DNA of 61,947 nt, counting the filler. It is 5 parts of 5 records of this genome, joined end to end, with 100 filler letters (N's around TTAATTAATTAA, not from the genome) between each part and the next. Parts side by side here need not be neighbours in the genome. Positions count along the whole stretch, not along the records: positions 18,576 to 30,342 come from SRR2962707_1767; positions 30,443 to 56,666 come from SRR2962707_1768; 3 more parts are not named here. One strand, written 5' to 3'. Shown here one piece after another: positions 27,334 to 36,059 of the stretch (positions are counted from its first letter, which is position 1; each line of letters begins with the position of its first letter). Position numbers and translations under genes: made by a program. Below the pieces are notes generated by a model, which saw only the letters and a list, made by a program, of their open reading frames with translations, was not told the origin of the DNA and searched no databases.

Positions 27334-30006
27334 TTATTCGTCTTTTAGTGATTCAATCGGATTCGCTTTTGCTACTTTTAATGATTTGTATCCTACGGTA
27401 ATCAGTGCTACTACCAGGCTTACAATGATTGCGAGAATGAAAAACTCTGGCCCGATGGTAATTCTATAAGCATACGTATCCAGAAAGGCACTCATTAATA
27501 AGTAGGATGTAGGTGCTGCAATCATAAAAGCAACCAACAATAGCACCAGCAATTCTTTAGAAAAGATGTTCCAGATGTTGAGTTCCGAAGCACCTAATAC
27601 TTTTCGAATACCGATCTCCTTTGTTTTTTGATTGGCCATAAAGGAAATTAGTCCATAAAGTCCCATCGCACCGATGAATATGGCAATGGCCACAAACAAG
27701 CGGAAAAGCTTGCTTACACTTTCTTCCAGTTCATACATGCTAGCCAGTTGATCATCATAAAATTCTACGTCAAAAACATAGTTAGGAAACACACTTGCCC
27801 AGCTATACTCTATGTGCTCTAAGCTTCCTTTGAGTGCTTCTAAATTTCCTTTCTGCTTATGGAGCTTTATGCTAGCCTGAAAAATGTTCCATGGATAGTG
27901 AGCGAGTATCACATTATTGATTTCAGCGTGTAAGGAGGCTGAGTGAAAGTCTTTTACAACACCAGAAATGGTCACAATAAGCCTTCCGCTTCTACCGTAT
28001 TGAAACTGTTCGCCGATTGCCTGATTAGGGTCGCTGTAACCTAAAGTCCTGACTAATTTTTCATTAACAACCACAAGGTTGGAAGGATCTGAATCTTTGA
28101 ATGGCTCACCGGCTATAAACTCCATTTCATAAACTTCAAAATAGCTCTCATCCACGTTTTTCATATTTCCGGTATAATCCTGCCCTTCAATATTTGGGTG
28201 GAAGATGGGGTTGGTAGAGTTGAAAGAAGCAATTGGTCCTGCAGTATTGAGACTCACTTGCTTTATTCCAGAGTGATTCATTAAATTATTTTTCAGTGTT
28301 TGGAGAGCAGTCGAATCATTTTCTGGGAGCTGAATGGTGACGATGGATTCTTTGTTGAATCCTAGGTCTTTTTCCTGAAAGAAATTCATCTGGGCGTTTA
28401 GAATAAGAATCCCGATAATCAGGATTTGAGAAATGCCAAACTGCAAGATGACCAACCCCCTTCTGAGTGAAAGGAAGCCGGAAGTTTGTTTGATGTTCAA
28501 GGTATTCTTGATCGCCAGCACCGGGTTCATTTTGGCAAGAATGGTAGCCGGATAGAAACCAGAAAGCAACGTAACCATCAGAAGGGCAGGAGCCATAAAT
28601 CCAAGAATGCTAAAATCACCAAGGAAGTTTAGGTCGATGGGATAAGGATAGATGTCCTGAATGGGCTTAGCCATGAGTGTGGCTATCACTATCCCCAAAA
28701 ATGAAGCAAACAGTGTGATCACAAATGTTTCACACAAGAACTGAACAACCAGTTGGCGCTTACTGCTTCCCATTGTTTTTCGTACACCTATCTCTTTGGA
28801 TCGTTTAACTGCCTGTGCAGTTGCTAGATTGATGAAATTGATACAAGCCGTGAGGATAAGGAACAAACCAACCAAACCAAATACAGTAAGCTCTTCTTTA
28901 GTAGCGGTGATTCCTGCATAGGTTCTGCGAAGAGTGTCACTGTAATGTAAATCTGAGAGAGCTTGCAGCTTATATGATCTTTTTTCTGCCGTGTGTTCAG
29001 GTAAGTATTTGTCCACAAAGGCAATTAATTGATGTTCGATCTCTTTTGGAGACACACCTTCATCTAACAGGATGTAGCAGTTGGTGGCACTGTTGTATTC
29101 ACTCCAGCTTTTGCCTTCATAAAACCATGGATTGCTTACATCCTGATCTTGGTAATGAAAGTAGATCGTAAAGGGAAAATCGGATGTTTTTGGCGTATCT
29201 TCTACAATCGCTGAGACTGTAGTAACCCGCTCATTTTCAAGAATGATTTTCTCACCAATTACGCGATGCAGGTTTTGATCCTGTACCCCAAAATACTTTT
29301 TCGCTAATGACTGAGTCAGGATCACCTTTCCAGGCCTATCCAATGCAGATTTCGCTTCACCAACGATAAATTTTAATGAAAAAATATCCAGAAACTGTGG
29401 TTCTATGAAGACAACCCCGTCTTCTTCTTGATAGCGTGTGATGTTTCCATTTTCATTTTCAATTCCGATGAGCCCTTCTTTTTCATAGAACGTCATGGTT
29501 GCTTTGAGTTGTGAAAACTCATTCCTCAATGCACCCGCCAGTGGATGTGCCTGCCCTCGCCAAAGTTCTACACCGTTTGAGGTGACATCTTCATTATTGA
29601 CACGATAAATACGTTCGTAATTGGAATGGTGCTTGTCATAACTAATCTCATGATCCAGAATTTTATAAATGATAAGGCCGCAGGCGATACCTAATGCAAG
29701 TCCTGTGATATTCATCAGCGAGTAAACTTTTTCTCGCTTGATGAATCTGATTGAAGTGATAAAGTAATTTTTAAACATGCCGTAATTGTTGAGTTTTTGC
29801 CCGCCACCGACGGGTTTAATGATGTCCTTTCTAAAAAATCGAAACACGGTCCAGATGAATCTTCTTTTTGCTTTGTATAACCCATGGTTTTCAACATCCT
29901 CTTCGAATTGCTCTTCCATGTCGCCAAGGATTTGCTCCTGCAATTGAGGCTTGCAGTACCACTTAAAGAAGTGGGTAAATAACTTCGGTGGACGAGGAGA
30001 ACTCAT
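27334..30006 (-). CDS. MacB/FtsX-type ABC transporter permease with N-terminal 'permease prefix' domain
   Basis: PPK...F.WYC...EQILGDMEE, ACINFINLATAQA..RSKEIGVRK, KTKEIGIRKVLGAS, ANPIESLKDE; ATG 30006 overlaps the PadR stop (ATGA). Confidence 0.93.
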   Translation of the reverse strand: MSSPRPPKLFTHFFKWYCKPQLQEQILGDMEEQFEEDVENHGLYKAKRRFIWTVFRFFRKDIIKPVGGGQKLNNYGMFKNYFITSIRFIKREKVYSLMNITGLALGIACGLIIYKILDHEISYDKHHSNYERIYRVNNEDVTSNGVELWRGQAHPLAGALRNEFSQLKATMTFYEKEGLIGIENENGNITRYQEEDGVVFIEPQFLDIFSLKFIVGEAKSALDRPGKVILTQSLAKKYFGVQDQNLHRVIGEKIILENERVTTVSAIVEDTPKTSDFPFTIYFHYQDQDVSNPWFYEGKSWSEYNSATNCYILLDEGVSPKEIEHQLIAFVDKYLPEHTAEKRSYKLQALSDLHYSDTLRRTYAGITATKEELTVFGLVGLFLILTACINFINLATAQAVKRSKEIGVRKTMGSSKRQLVVQFLCETFVITLFASFLGIVIATLMAKPIQDIYPYPIDLNFLGDFSILGFMAPALLMVTLLSGFYPATILAKMNPVLAIKNTLNIKQTSGFLSLRRGLVILQFGISQILIIGILILNAQMNFFQEKDLGFNKESIVTIQLPENDSTALQTLKNNLMNHSGIKQVSLNTAGPIASFNSTNPIFHPNIEGQDYTGNMKNVDESYFEVYEMEFIAGEPFKDSDPSNLVVVNEKLVRTLGYSDPNQAIGEQFQYGRSGRLIVTISGVVKDFHSASLHAEINNVILAHYPWNIFQASIKLHKQKGNLEALKGSLEHIEYSWASVFPNYVFDVEFYDDQLASMYELEESVSKLFRLFVAIAIFIGAMGLYGLISFMANQKTKEIGIRKVLGASELNIWNIFSKELLVLLLVAFMIAAPTSYLLMSAFLDTYAYRITIGPEFFILAIIVSLVVALITVGYKSLKVAKANPIESLKDE

Positions 30007-30335
30007 GAAGAAAAGTTGAGTTGGGGAGCAAGTTTCCAAAGACTCGTTCGTGCATCCTTCATTTCCTGAAGTAGCACTTTACCTGCATTCGTAATTTTGA
30101 AATAGCGCTTCTTTCTGCCGCCACGTGCTTTCGTCGCTCCTCCCATATGAGATTCTAAAAAGCCTTTTTCTTCCAATCTGTAAAGTGTAATATGTACGGA
30201 GCTCAAATTAACTTCCCGCCCCTGGTGTTCTTTTATTGCCTTGACTACTGTGTTGCCATAAGCCTCTTCATCCAGGATCAAAACCATGGTGAGGATAAGC
30301 TCTTCAAACTCCCCCAGAAAATTTGTTCTACCCAT
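30003..30335 (-). CDS. PadR family transcriptional regulator
   Basis: LGEFEELIL, EAYG, VHITLYRLEEKG, RGGRKKRYF. Confidence 0.93.
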   Translation of the reverse strand: MGRTNFLGEFEELILTMVLILDEEAYGNTVVKAIKEHQGREVNLSSVHITLYRLEEKGFLESHMGGATKARGGRKKRYFKITNAGKVLLQEMKDARTSLWKLAPQLNFSS

Positions 30336-30342
30336 TTTTATT

Positions 30343-30442
30343 NNNNNNNNNNNNNNNNNNNNNNNNNNNNNNNNNNNNNNNNNNNNTTAATTAATTAANN
30401 NNNNNNNNNNNNNNNNNNNNNNNNNNNNNNNNNNNNNNNNNN
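30343..30442. other. Artificial contig-joining linker
   Basis: 44 N + TTAATTAATTAA + 44 N. Confidence 0.98.
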
Positions 30443-30483
30443 AAAGAAATCATCAATACTTGAAACGATTAATGCGCTCTAAG

Positions 30484-32286
30484 ATGGTTTGTGCAACAGA
30501 GGTACGAAAAATCACCCTCCTTGGCCTTTTTATCACTCTGATTTTCAATTCCCACGCTCAACAGCCACAGGTCTATAACCAGTTCTTCATGAACCCCTAT
30601 ATGTATAATCCCGCTTATGCGGGTGTAGAAGGACACGCTGCTATTTTTGCGATGTATAGGGATCAATGGACCAATGTAGAGGGCGCCCCTCAGATTTCCC
30701 ATGTAAGCTTTCATGTTCCACTTCAGGGTGGAATTGCGCTGGGTGGAGCAGCTTTTAATATCACCCAGGGCTTGTTGACTACATCTGCAGCAAAAGCGTC
30801 GGCTTCTTACCTAATTAACATTGACAGAACACACTTTCTTAGATTCGGAATGTCTCTTGGTGCAGGGATAAACTCCGTTAATATCACTGAATTTGACTCA
30901 CCCGGAGACCCTGCTTTTAACAATTTTCTGGATCAGTCCACATTTTTTATTGGTGATTTTGGAATAGCATACCACTTTGGCCATTTCAATGTCGGTGTAG
31001 CATTACCTAATCTGTTTAGCTATAATCCCATTACTCAGAAGGAAATCGCAGATGTGGAATTTTCCCCTCAAGATAATGTCTTGTTCAAAATGAACTACAG
31101 AGGGCATATTAATGATGATTTCGCCTTTGAGCCACACCTTATATATAGGTATAGCAACGTAATCCCACATCAATATGAAGGAACACTTATTGCACACCTT
31201 TACCACATTGTATGGGTGGGCGCTTCTTACAGACAGGATGCCGGGATAATCGGTTTGGCCGGAGCTAAAGTCGCAGAAAAATTCGCTATAGGATTCGCTT
31301 ACGAACTTGGAAATTCGAACATCTCCTCTGAGTTAGGTCCTACCCTTGAAGTGAATCTGGGTTATCATTTAGGTACCAAAAAAGAACATGCAGAGCATGT
31401 TTCGTCCTTTATAAAAAGTCACAGGTTGACAGCAGAAGAACGAGCCAGAAAAGCGGAACTTGAAAGACAAAAAAGACTGGCAGCTCTCCAGAAAAGCAGA
31501 GCGCCTGAAGCGGAAGACGAAGATGCACTTTCCATTGCAAAACCAACCGTTTTAGATGATCCGGAACCGGAAGCCGATGTGCCCACTGAACAGGCTGACG
31601 AATGGGATCACCAGGAAGATCATGAGGAGTTGACAAGAACCAATCAGTTTGGTGAAGAAGAGCGTGGTATTAGACTCGAGAAACCATCTGCAGATGGTGA
31701 CAAAAATGTAGTTATCAGCTGGGTGCCAAAGGCAGAAGCCGGCAGCATGACCGTGGCATCTGATGGCCATCTTGAAAGGTCCCTACCGGATGGCTCAAAA
31801 GAAGTTGGTGTGAAGTATGAAAAAACAAATCCCGATGGAAGTGTTGAGCATGTGGTAAAATGGGATAAAGCGATCAGCGAATCGCAAGCTGCAACGATCG
31901 CCGACAACCCTGAACTAACTGAAGAACAACATGATGAGATAGCTAAAGGCGACCCTGAACTTACAAATGATTTCAGGACGCACGATGAGCTAGGCGATTC
32001 TGATGAGCCAGTGGTAACAAGAAGAGGCAATCACTTACTCGAATTACCTCTTGGTAATTATGTCATCGGAGGCGCTTTCAATAAGTTTGATAATGCAGAA
32101 AATTATAGTGATAAGCTTTTTCAAATGGGATTCCATGACACGAAAGTGGGCTTTAACAGTGGTAGAGGTTATTACTATGTTGTGGTTTATGAATCTGGTA
32201 GTATCAATCAGACCAGAAAGAAAAGAGACGAATTCAGAAACATTCCTGAGCTTTCCAAAGCCTGGGTGCTACAAGTGACCGAATGA
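30484..32286 (+). CDS. PorP/SprF family T9SS outer-membrane protein with acidic linker and C-terminal SPOR-like domain
   Basis: QFFMNPYMYNPAYAG, YRDQW..VEGAP, WVGASYR, GFAYE, TLEVNLGY; C-terminal NYVIGGAF....NA......GF...VG.....YYYV...AWVL; start codon uncertain (30460-30484). Confidence 0.88.
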   Translation: MVCATEVRKITLLGLFITLIFNSHAQQPQVYNQFFMNPYMYNPAYAGVEGHAAIFAMYRDQWTNVEGAPQISHVSFHVPLQGGIALGGAAFNITQGLLTTSAAKASASYLINIDRTHFLRFGMSLGAGINSVNITEFDSPGDPAFNNFLDQSTFFIGDFGIAYHFGHFNVGVALPNLFSYNPITQKEIADVEFSPQDNVLFKMNYRGHINDDFAFEPHLIYRYSNVIPHQYEGTLIAHLYHIVWVGASYRQDAGIIGLAGAKVAEKFAIGFAYELGNSNISSELGPTLEVNLGYHLGTKKEHAEHVSSFIKSHRLTAEERARKAELERQKRLAALQKSRAPEAEDEDALSIAKPTVLDDPEPEADVPTEQADEWDHQEDHEELTRTNQFGEEERGIRLEKPSADGDKNVVISWVPKAEAGSMTVASDGHLERSLPDGSKEVGVKYEKTNPDGSVEHVVKWDKAISESQAATIADNPELTEEQHDEIAKGDPELTNDFRTHDELGDSDEPVVTRRGNHLLELPLGNYVIGGAFNKFDNAENYSDKLFQMGFHDTKVGFNSGRGYYYVVVYESGSINQTRKKRDEFRNIPELSKAWVLQVTE

Positions 32287-35200
32287 TGAGGAAATTAATC
32301 ACACTTTTACTTTTTTGTCCTGTGTTTGCAATGGCTCAGAAGCCATTCATCAATAGCATCTCCCCTACGCATGCAGAGGTAGGACAAACCGTGACGATCT
32401 CAGGTTCAAACCTAAATAATGTAAATGAGGTTTTTTTTGGTGGAGTTTCGGTTGCACCAAGCTTCACTTCCGCAAATAGGGTAACAGTCGTTGTTCCTGG
32501 CGGTGCTACCCATGGTTCAATCATCATTCAAACTTCAGATAATTACACGGTGGCATCCAGTGAGCAGTTCTTACTTAGCTTTAGTGGCTCGGATATTACA
32601 TCTTATGACGATGAGTTTTTAGTTTCTACTGGCTTGACAGATGCTTATGATATCTGTATGTGTGACCTTAGTGGTGATGGAAAAAATGACCTTGCAATCG
32701 CTCATAATGCCAATTCCGGAAATGAGGTTACGGTGTATTTAAATAATACAACAGGTACATCTGCTTTTGGTCCGGGTGATTTTGCTAAATCACAAAACAT
32801 CAATGCAGCCAATAACAATACCGGCACTCTAGCCATCACATGTGGAGATCTGAATCACGATGGTGCACCTGAATTGATTTTCAGTTCAAATGGAACAACC
32901 AGCCCGGGAGATGTATTTATTTATCAGAATGACGGAGGCGGGACTATGTCTTTTGCCGATGATTTTAAACTACCAGCAGGTAGTAGTGGAAATAGAGGAG
33001 CACGTAAGGTTCGAATTGCCGATATAGACGATGATGGAAATCCGGATGTAATTATTGGCAACAGTTCCGACGGCACAATTCACATTTATAGAGGAAATGG
33101 TGACCTGACTTTCAACGCAGTTGATGAAATATCCGTTACCGGCACAATTAATACCAGCTCATTAAATATTTCCGATTTTAATAATGACGGCAAGCAAGAC
33201 ATAGTCTCACTTCCATTCAGAGAGTCTAATGAGGTTATTTCCATTTTGAAAAACACAAGTCAACCAGGTAATATTTCTTTTTCACAACAGACAGGAATTA
33301 CAGCTTCCGCACAAAGAATCAATGTTGAAACCGCTGATTTCGATGGTGATGGTCTGATCGATATTGCCACAACAAACCAACAGCTTCAAAGAGTTACTGT
33401 ATATAGAAATACAACATCAGGTAGTGATATCACATTCGCTACAGGAATCAATGTGGATATTTCTGGCGGAGGAGCATGGGGAATTGATATCGGTGATATG
33501 AATGGTGATGGTAGCCCCGATTTAATCGTAGGATCAACTTCAACCATTGATGATTTATTTGTGATAGAAAATACCTCTACTTCAGGTACTATCAGTTTTG
33601 CCCCACCAACGGCAATACCGACTACAAATACGAATCAAAATGTCGTGGTTGGTGACTTGAATGGTGATGCCCGTCCGGACATAGCATTTACCCACAATAT
33701 CCAATTAGGCAACCCAGGCAACCTGGGCATTTTCCTGAATAGAAACTGTGTGCAACCAGTGATTACGCCAAGTAATCTTGAATTTTGTAATGGAGATCAA
33801 TTCAGATTGTTTGCTACAAAAACACAGGGATCCTTTGATTATGATTGGCAGATTACCTCAGGAACTGGAACTGTAGATAATGATAATGGAGATAACGCTG
33901 ATATTACGATCACCTCCGGACCAGCTACAGTTGAAGTCACCATCACCCACGATAATGGTGAAACTTATGAATGTGCTTTATCTGGTAGCGCCAACTTTAC
34001 CATTACCGGTGGTTCACCACCTGATCCTCCTGCCTTTGATGCAGGTGCGTCTGATGGGGTTTGTGTTGGAGACCCTTATAGTATTGCTATTTCTGATCCG
34101 GGACTTGACGAGAGCTACGATGAATTTGAGTGGACAAAGCCTGACGGTAGCACACAGATCATAACACCGGGATCTCCTACTACCACTTCTTCTTTGGATA
34201 TTGCCAGTGCAACTTTGGCGGATGCCGGTATATATACTGTGAGAGGCAGACTTAGCGGAGGATGTTATTCGGAAATCTCATCAAATTTTAATTTGGAGGT
34301 AAATCAATCGCCTACTCTGGAGATTATCAACGATGACTTAGATTCATTTTGTGCAGGAATTTCGCCTGGAGTAACGTTAAGTGTGCCTGACTATCGGTCA
34401 GATGGATTTACGTATGAATGGCTTCTGAATGGTTCCAATTTTGCCGGTGATGTCTCTCAGATTCAAACCAATCAAGAAGGGAACTACACGGTGGAAGTAA
34501 CCGATGACAATACATTATGTATTACAGAAACAGCTACATACTCCATTGATGCCATAGCCTTACCGACATCAGTAGCGAATGGGCCAACTGAAACATGTGT
34601 GGGTATTGAAACCGCTTTCACTTCGGCATCTACTGGTGAAGGAGGTTTTACACTTCAATATGAATGGGTAGTAAACAATGGATCGTCAGATATTCATACA
34701 GCAACCTCTCAGAATCTCGATTTTACCTTTCCTTCCACCGGATCATATACAGTCACTCTAAACACTTCATACCCAGATACAGAAGTCTATGCAGGTGGCG
34801 GTGGAAGTTTGTGTGAAAGCTCTGATGTTGTAAATGTAACCGTATCGGAAGAACCCGTGATCACTTTCGATGTGACAGATGGCCTTGAGAAATGCCCTAG
34901 TGATATCATCCAGGTAGCTCTGACAAGTCCCTCATCCGGAACTATTGACACCTACGAATGGGCAGTGGTGGATATGGCTACCACAGATACTGTATCAACC
35001 GCTAGCACTGCAACTGTTGACGCAAGTACTCCTCAGGGTATTAATGGTGTTTGGGTAATCTCAAGAATAACTACAACTATAGGTTGTCAGGTTCAGGATA
35101 CGGTAACTATTCAAAATTTTTCAGATTCAAACTTAGCTATTGAAGAAGGTCTGGATGCCCTTAATGCTAACAGGGATACACTTGTAGATGGGACAACTTA

Positions 35201-35714
35201 CCCGCTTATCGAATTAACAGATGCAAACTTTACAGAATTAAACGCTTCAGGTGGAACAAACTATGGTTGGATAACAGATTCTGGAGCATCGGACAACTTT
35301 GATAATCCAGGTGGTGGAACTACAACCTTCTTCCCTTCCCAACCACTCACATTGGTGACCCTTTCAGGTACCGATGGAAACAATTGTGATGAAACATATA
35401 CAGTAGCTGTCTTCCTTGATAATTTCAGACCTAGAAAAACCTTCTCTCCTAATGGAGACGGCATGAACGATTGCTGGGAAATTCTGAATATAGGATCATT
35501 TGGCAATGATCAGGATTGTAAGGTATTTATATTTGATTCCAGAGGCAGAACTATTCGCACAATTGAAAGTTCGAGTTTTGATGACCCTAATGATAATTGT
35601 GTCTGGGATGGAAATTTCAATAATTCACCAGTGCCGGAGGGCGTATATTACTTCGTCATGAAATGTGAGGGTTCTAATACCTCTAAGTCAGGTAGCATAT
35701 TGCTTGCCAGATAA
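32283..35714 (+). CDS. T9SS type-B CTD surface protein: IPT/TIG + 7 FG-GAP repeats + Ig/PKD-like domains
   Basis: Signal peptide; PFINSISPT..GQTVTISGSN; seven D(L/F/I/M)xxDGxxD-like motifs; FPSTGSYTVTL; C-terminal FSPNGDGMNDCWEI...IFDSRG...WDG...PEGVYYF. Confidence 0.92.
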   Translation: MMRKLITLLLFCPVFAMAQKPFINSISPTHAEVGQTVTISGSNLNNVNEVFFGGVSVAPSFTSANRVTVVVPGGATHGSIIIQTSDNYTVASSEQFLLSFSGSDITSYDDEFLVSTGLTDAYDICMCDLSGDGKNDLAIAHNANSGNEVTVYLNNTTGTSAFGPGDFAKSQNINAANNNTGTLAITCGDLNHDGAPELIFSSNGTTSPGDVFIYQNDGGGTMSFADDFKLPAGSSGNRGARKVRIADIDDDGNPDVIIGNSSDGTIHIYRGNGDLTFNAVDEISVTGTINTSSLNISDFNNDGKQDIVSLPFRESNEVISILKNTSQPGNISFSQQTGITASAQRINVETADFDGDGLIDIATTNQQLQRVTVYRNTTSGSDITFATGINVDISGGGAWGIDIGDMNGDGSPDLIVGSTSTIDDLFVIENTSTSGTISFAPPTAIPTTNTNQNVVVGDLNGDARPDIAFTHNIQLGNPGNLGIFLNRNCVQPVITPSNLEFCNGDQFRLFATKTQGSFDYDWQITSGTGTVDNDNGDNADITITSGPATVEVTITHDNGETYECALSGSANFTITGGSPPDPPAFDAGASDGVCVGDPYSIAISDPGLDESYDEFEWTKPDGSTQIITPGSPTTTSSLDIASATLADAGIYTVRGRLSGGCYSEISSNFNLEVNQSPTLEIINDDLDSFCAGISPGVTLSVPDYRSDGFTYEWLLNGSNFAGDVSQIQTNQEGNYTVEVTDDNTLCITETATYSIDAIALPTSVANGPTETCVGIETAFTSASTGEGGFTLQYEWVVNNGSSDIHTATSQNLDFTFPSTGSYTVTLNTSYPDTEVYAGGGGSLCESSDVVNVTVSEEPVITFDVTDGLEKCPSDIIQVALTSPSSGTIDTYEWAVVDMATTDTVSTASTATVDASTPQGINGVWVISRITTTIGCQVQDTVTIQNFSDSNLAIEEGLDALNANRDTLVDGTTYPLIELTDANFTELNASGGTNYGWITDSGASDNFDNPGGGTTTFFPSQPLTLVTLSGTDGNNCDETYTVAVFLDNFRPRKTFSPNGDGMNDCWEILNIGSFGNDQDCKVFIFDSRGRTIRTIESSSFDDPNDNCVWDGNFNNSPVPEGVYYFVMKCEGSNTSKSGSILLAR

Positions 35715-35743
35715 TCCTAATATCCTCTAATTTTAACCTCTAA

Positions 35744-35772
35744 AAAGAGCTGTTCATCTAAAAACGCTCTTT
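35744..35772 (+). terminator. Possible terminator hairpin after the FG-GAP gene
   Basis: AAAGAGC...GCTCTTT inverted repeat with a long loop. Confidence 0.3.
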
Positions 35773-36059
35773 AAATAATTATATTTATTGTTGATATAAT
35801 TCATAATTATATTATACTCCTAACTTTACCATGACTCGGTATACCTTTTGATTTTCAGGGGGTTTATCTAGATTGCTAAAGGGTTACATTATGGGTTTAA
35901 AGTGTATCTATGTCCGAATCCATTTCAACTAATACCATGAAGCGTCCATGTAGTAAACATAATCAGCTAAGTATGAACAGTGATAGAAGAGATGATATTA
36001 AAAATATCAATGAACTACCCGGACATTCCATTAACCGAATAGGAATTAAAAACAACCAC

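Noticed and set aside
30003-30335. PadR as the certain binder of the ACTAT-N4-ATAGT operators
   Set aside because: It is translationally coupled to its own permease and its upstream region is cut off, so the link cannot be tested; left only as an alternative
35910-36059. 50-aa N-terminal extension of the giant adhesin
   Set aside because: A canonical signal peptide begins at Met 36060; the upstream segment looks like open leader sequence
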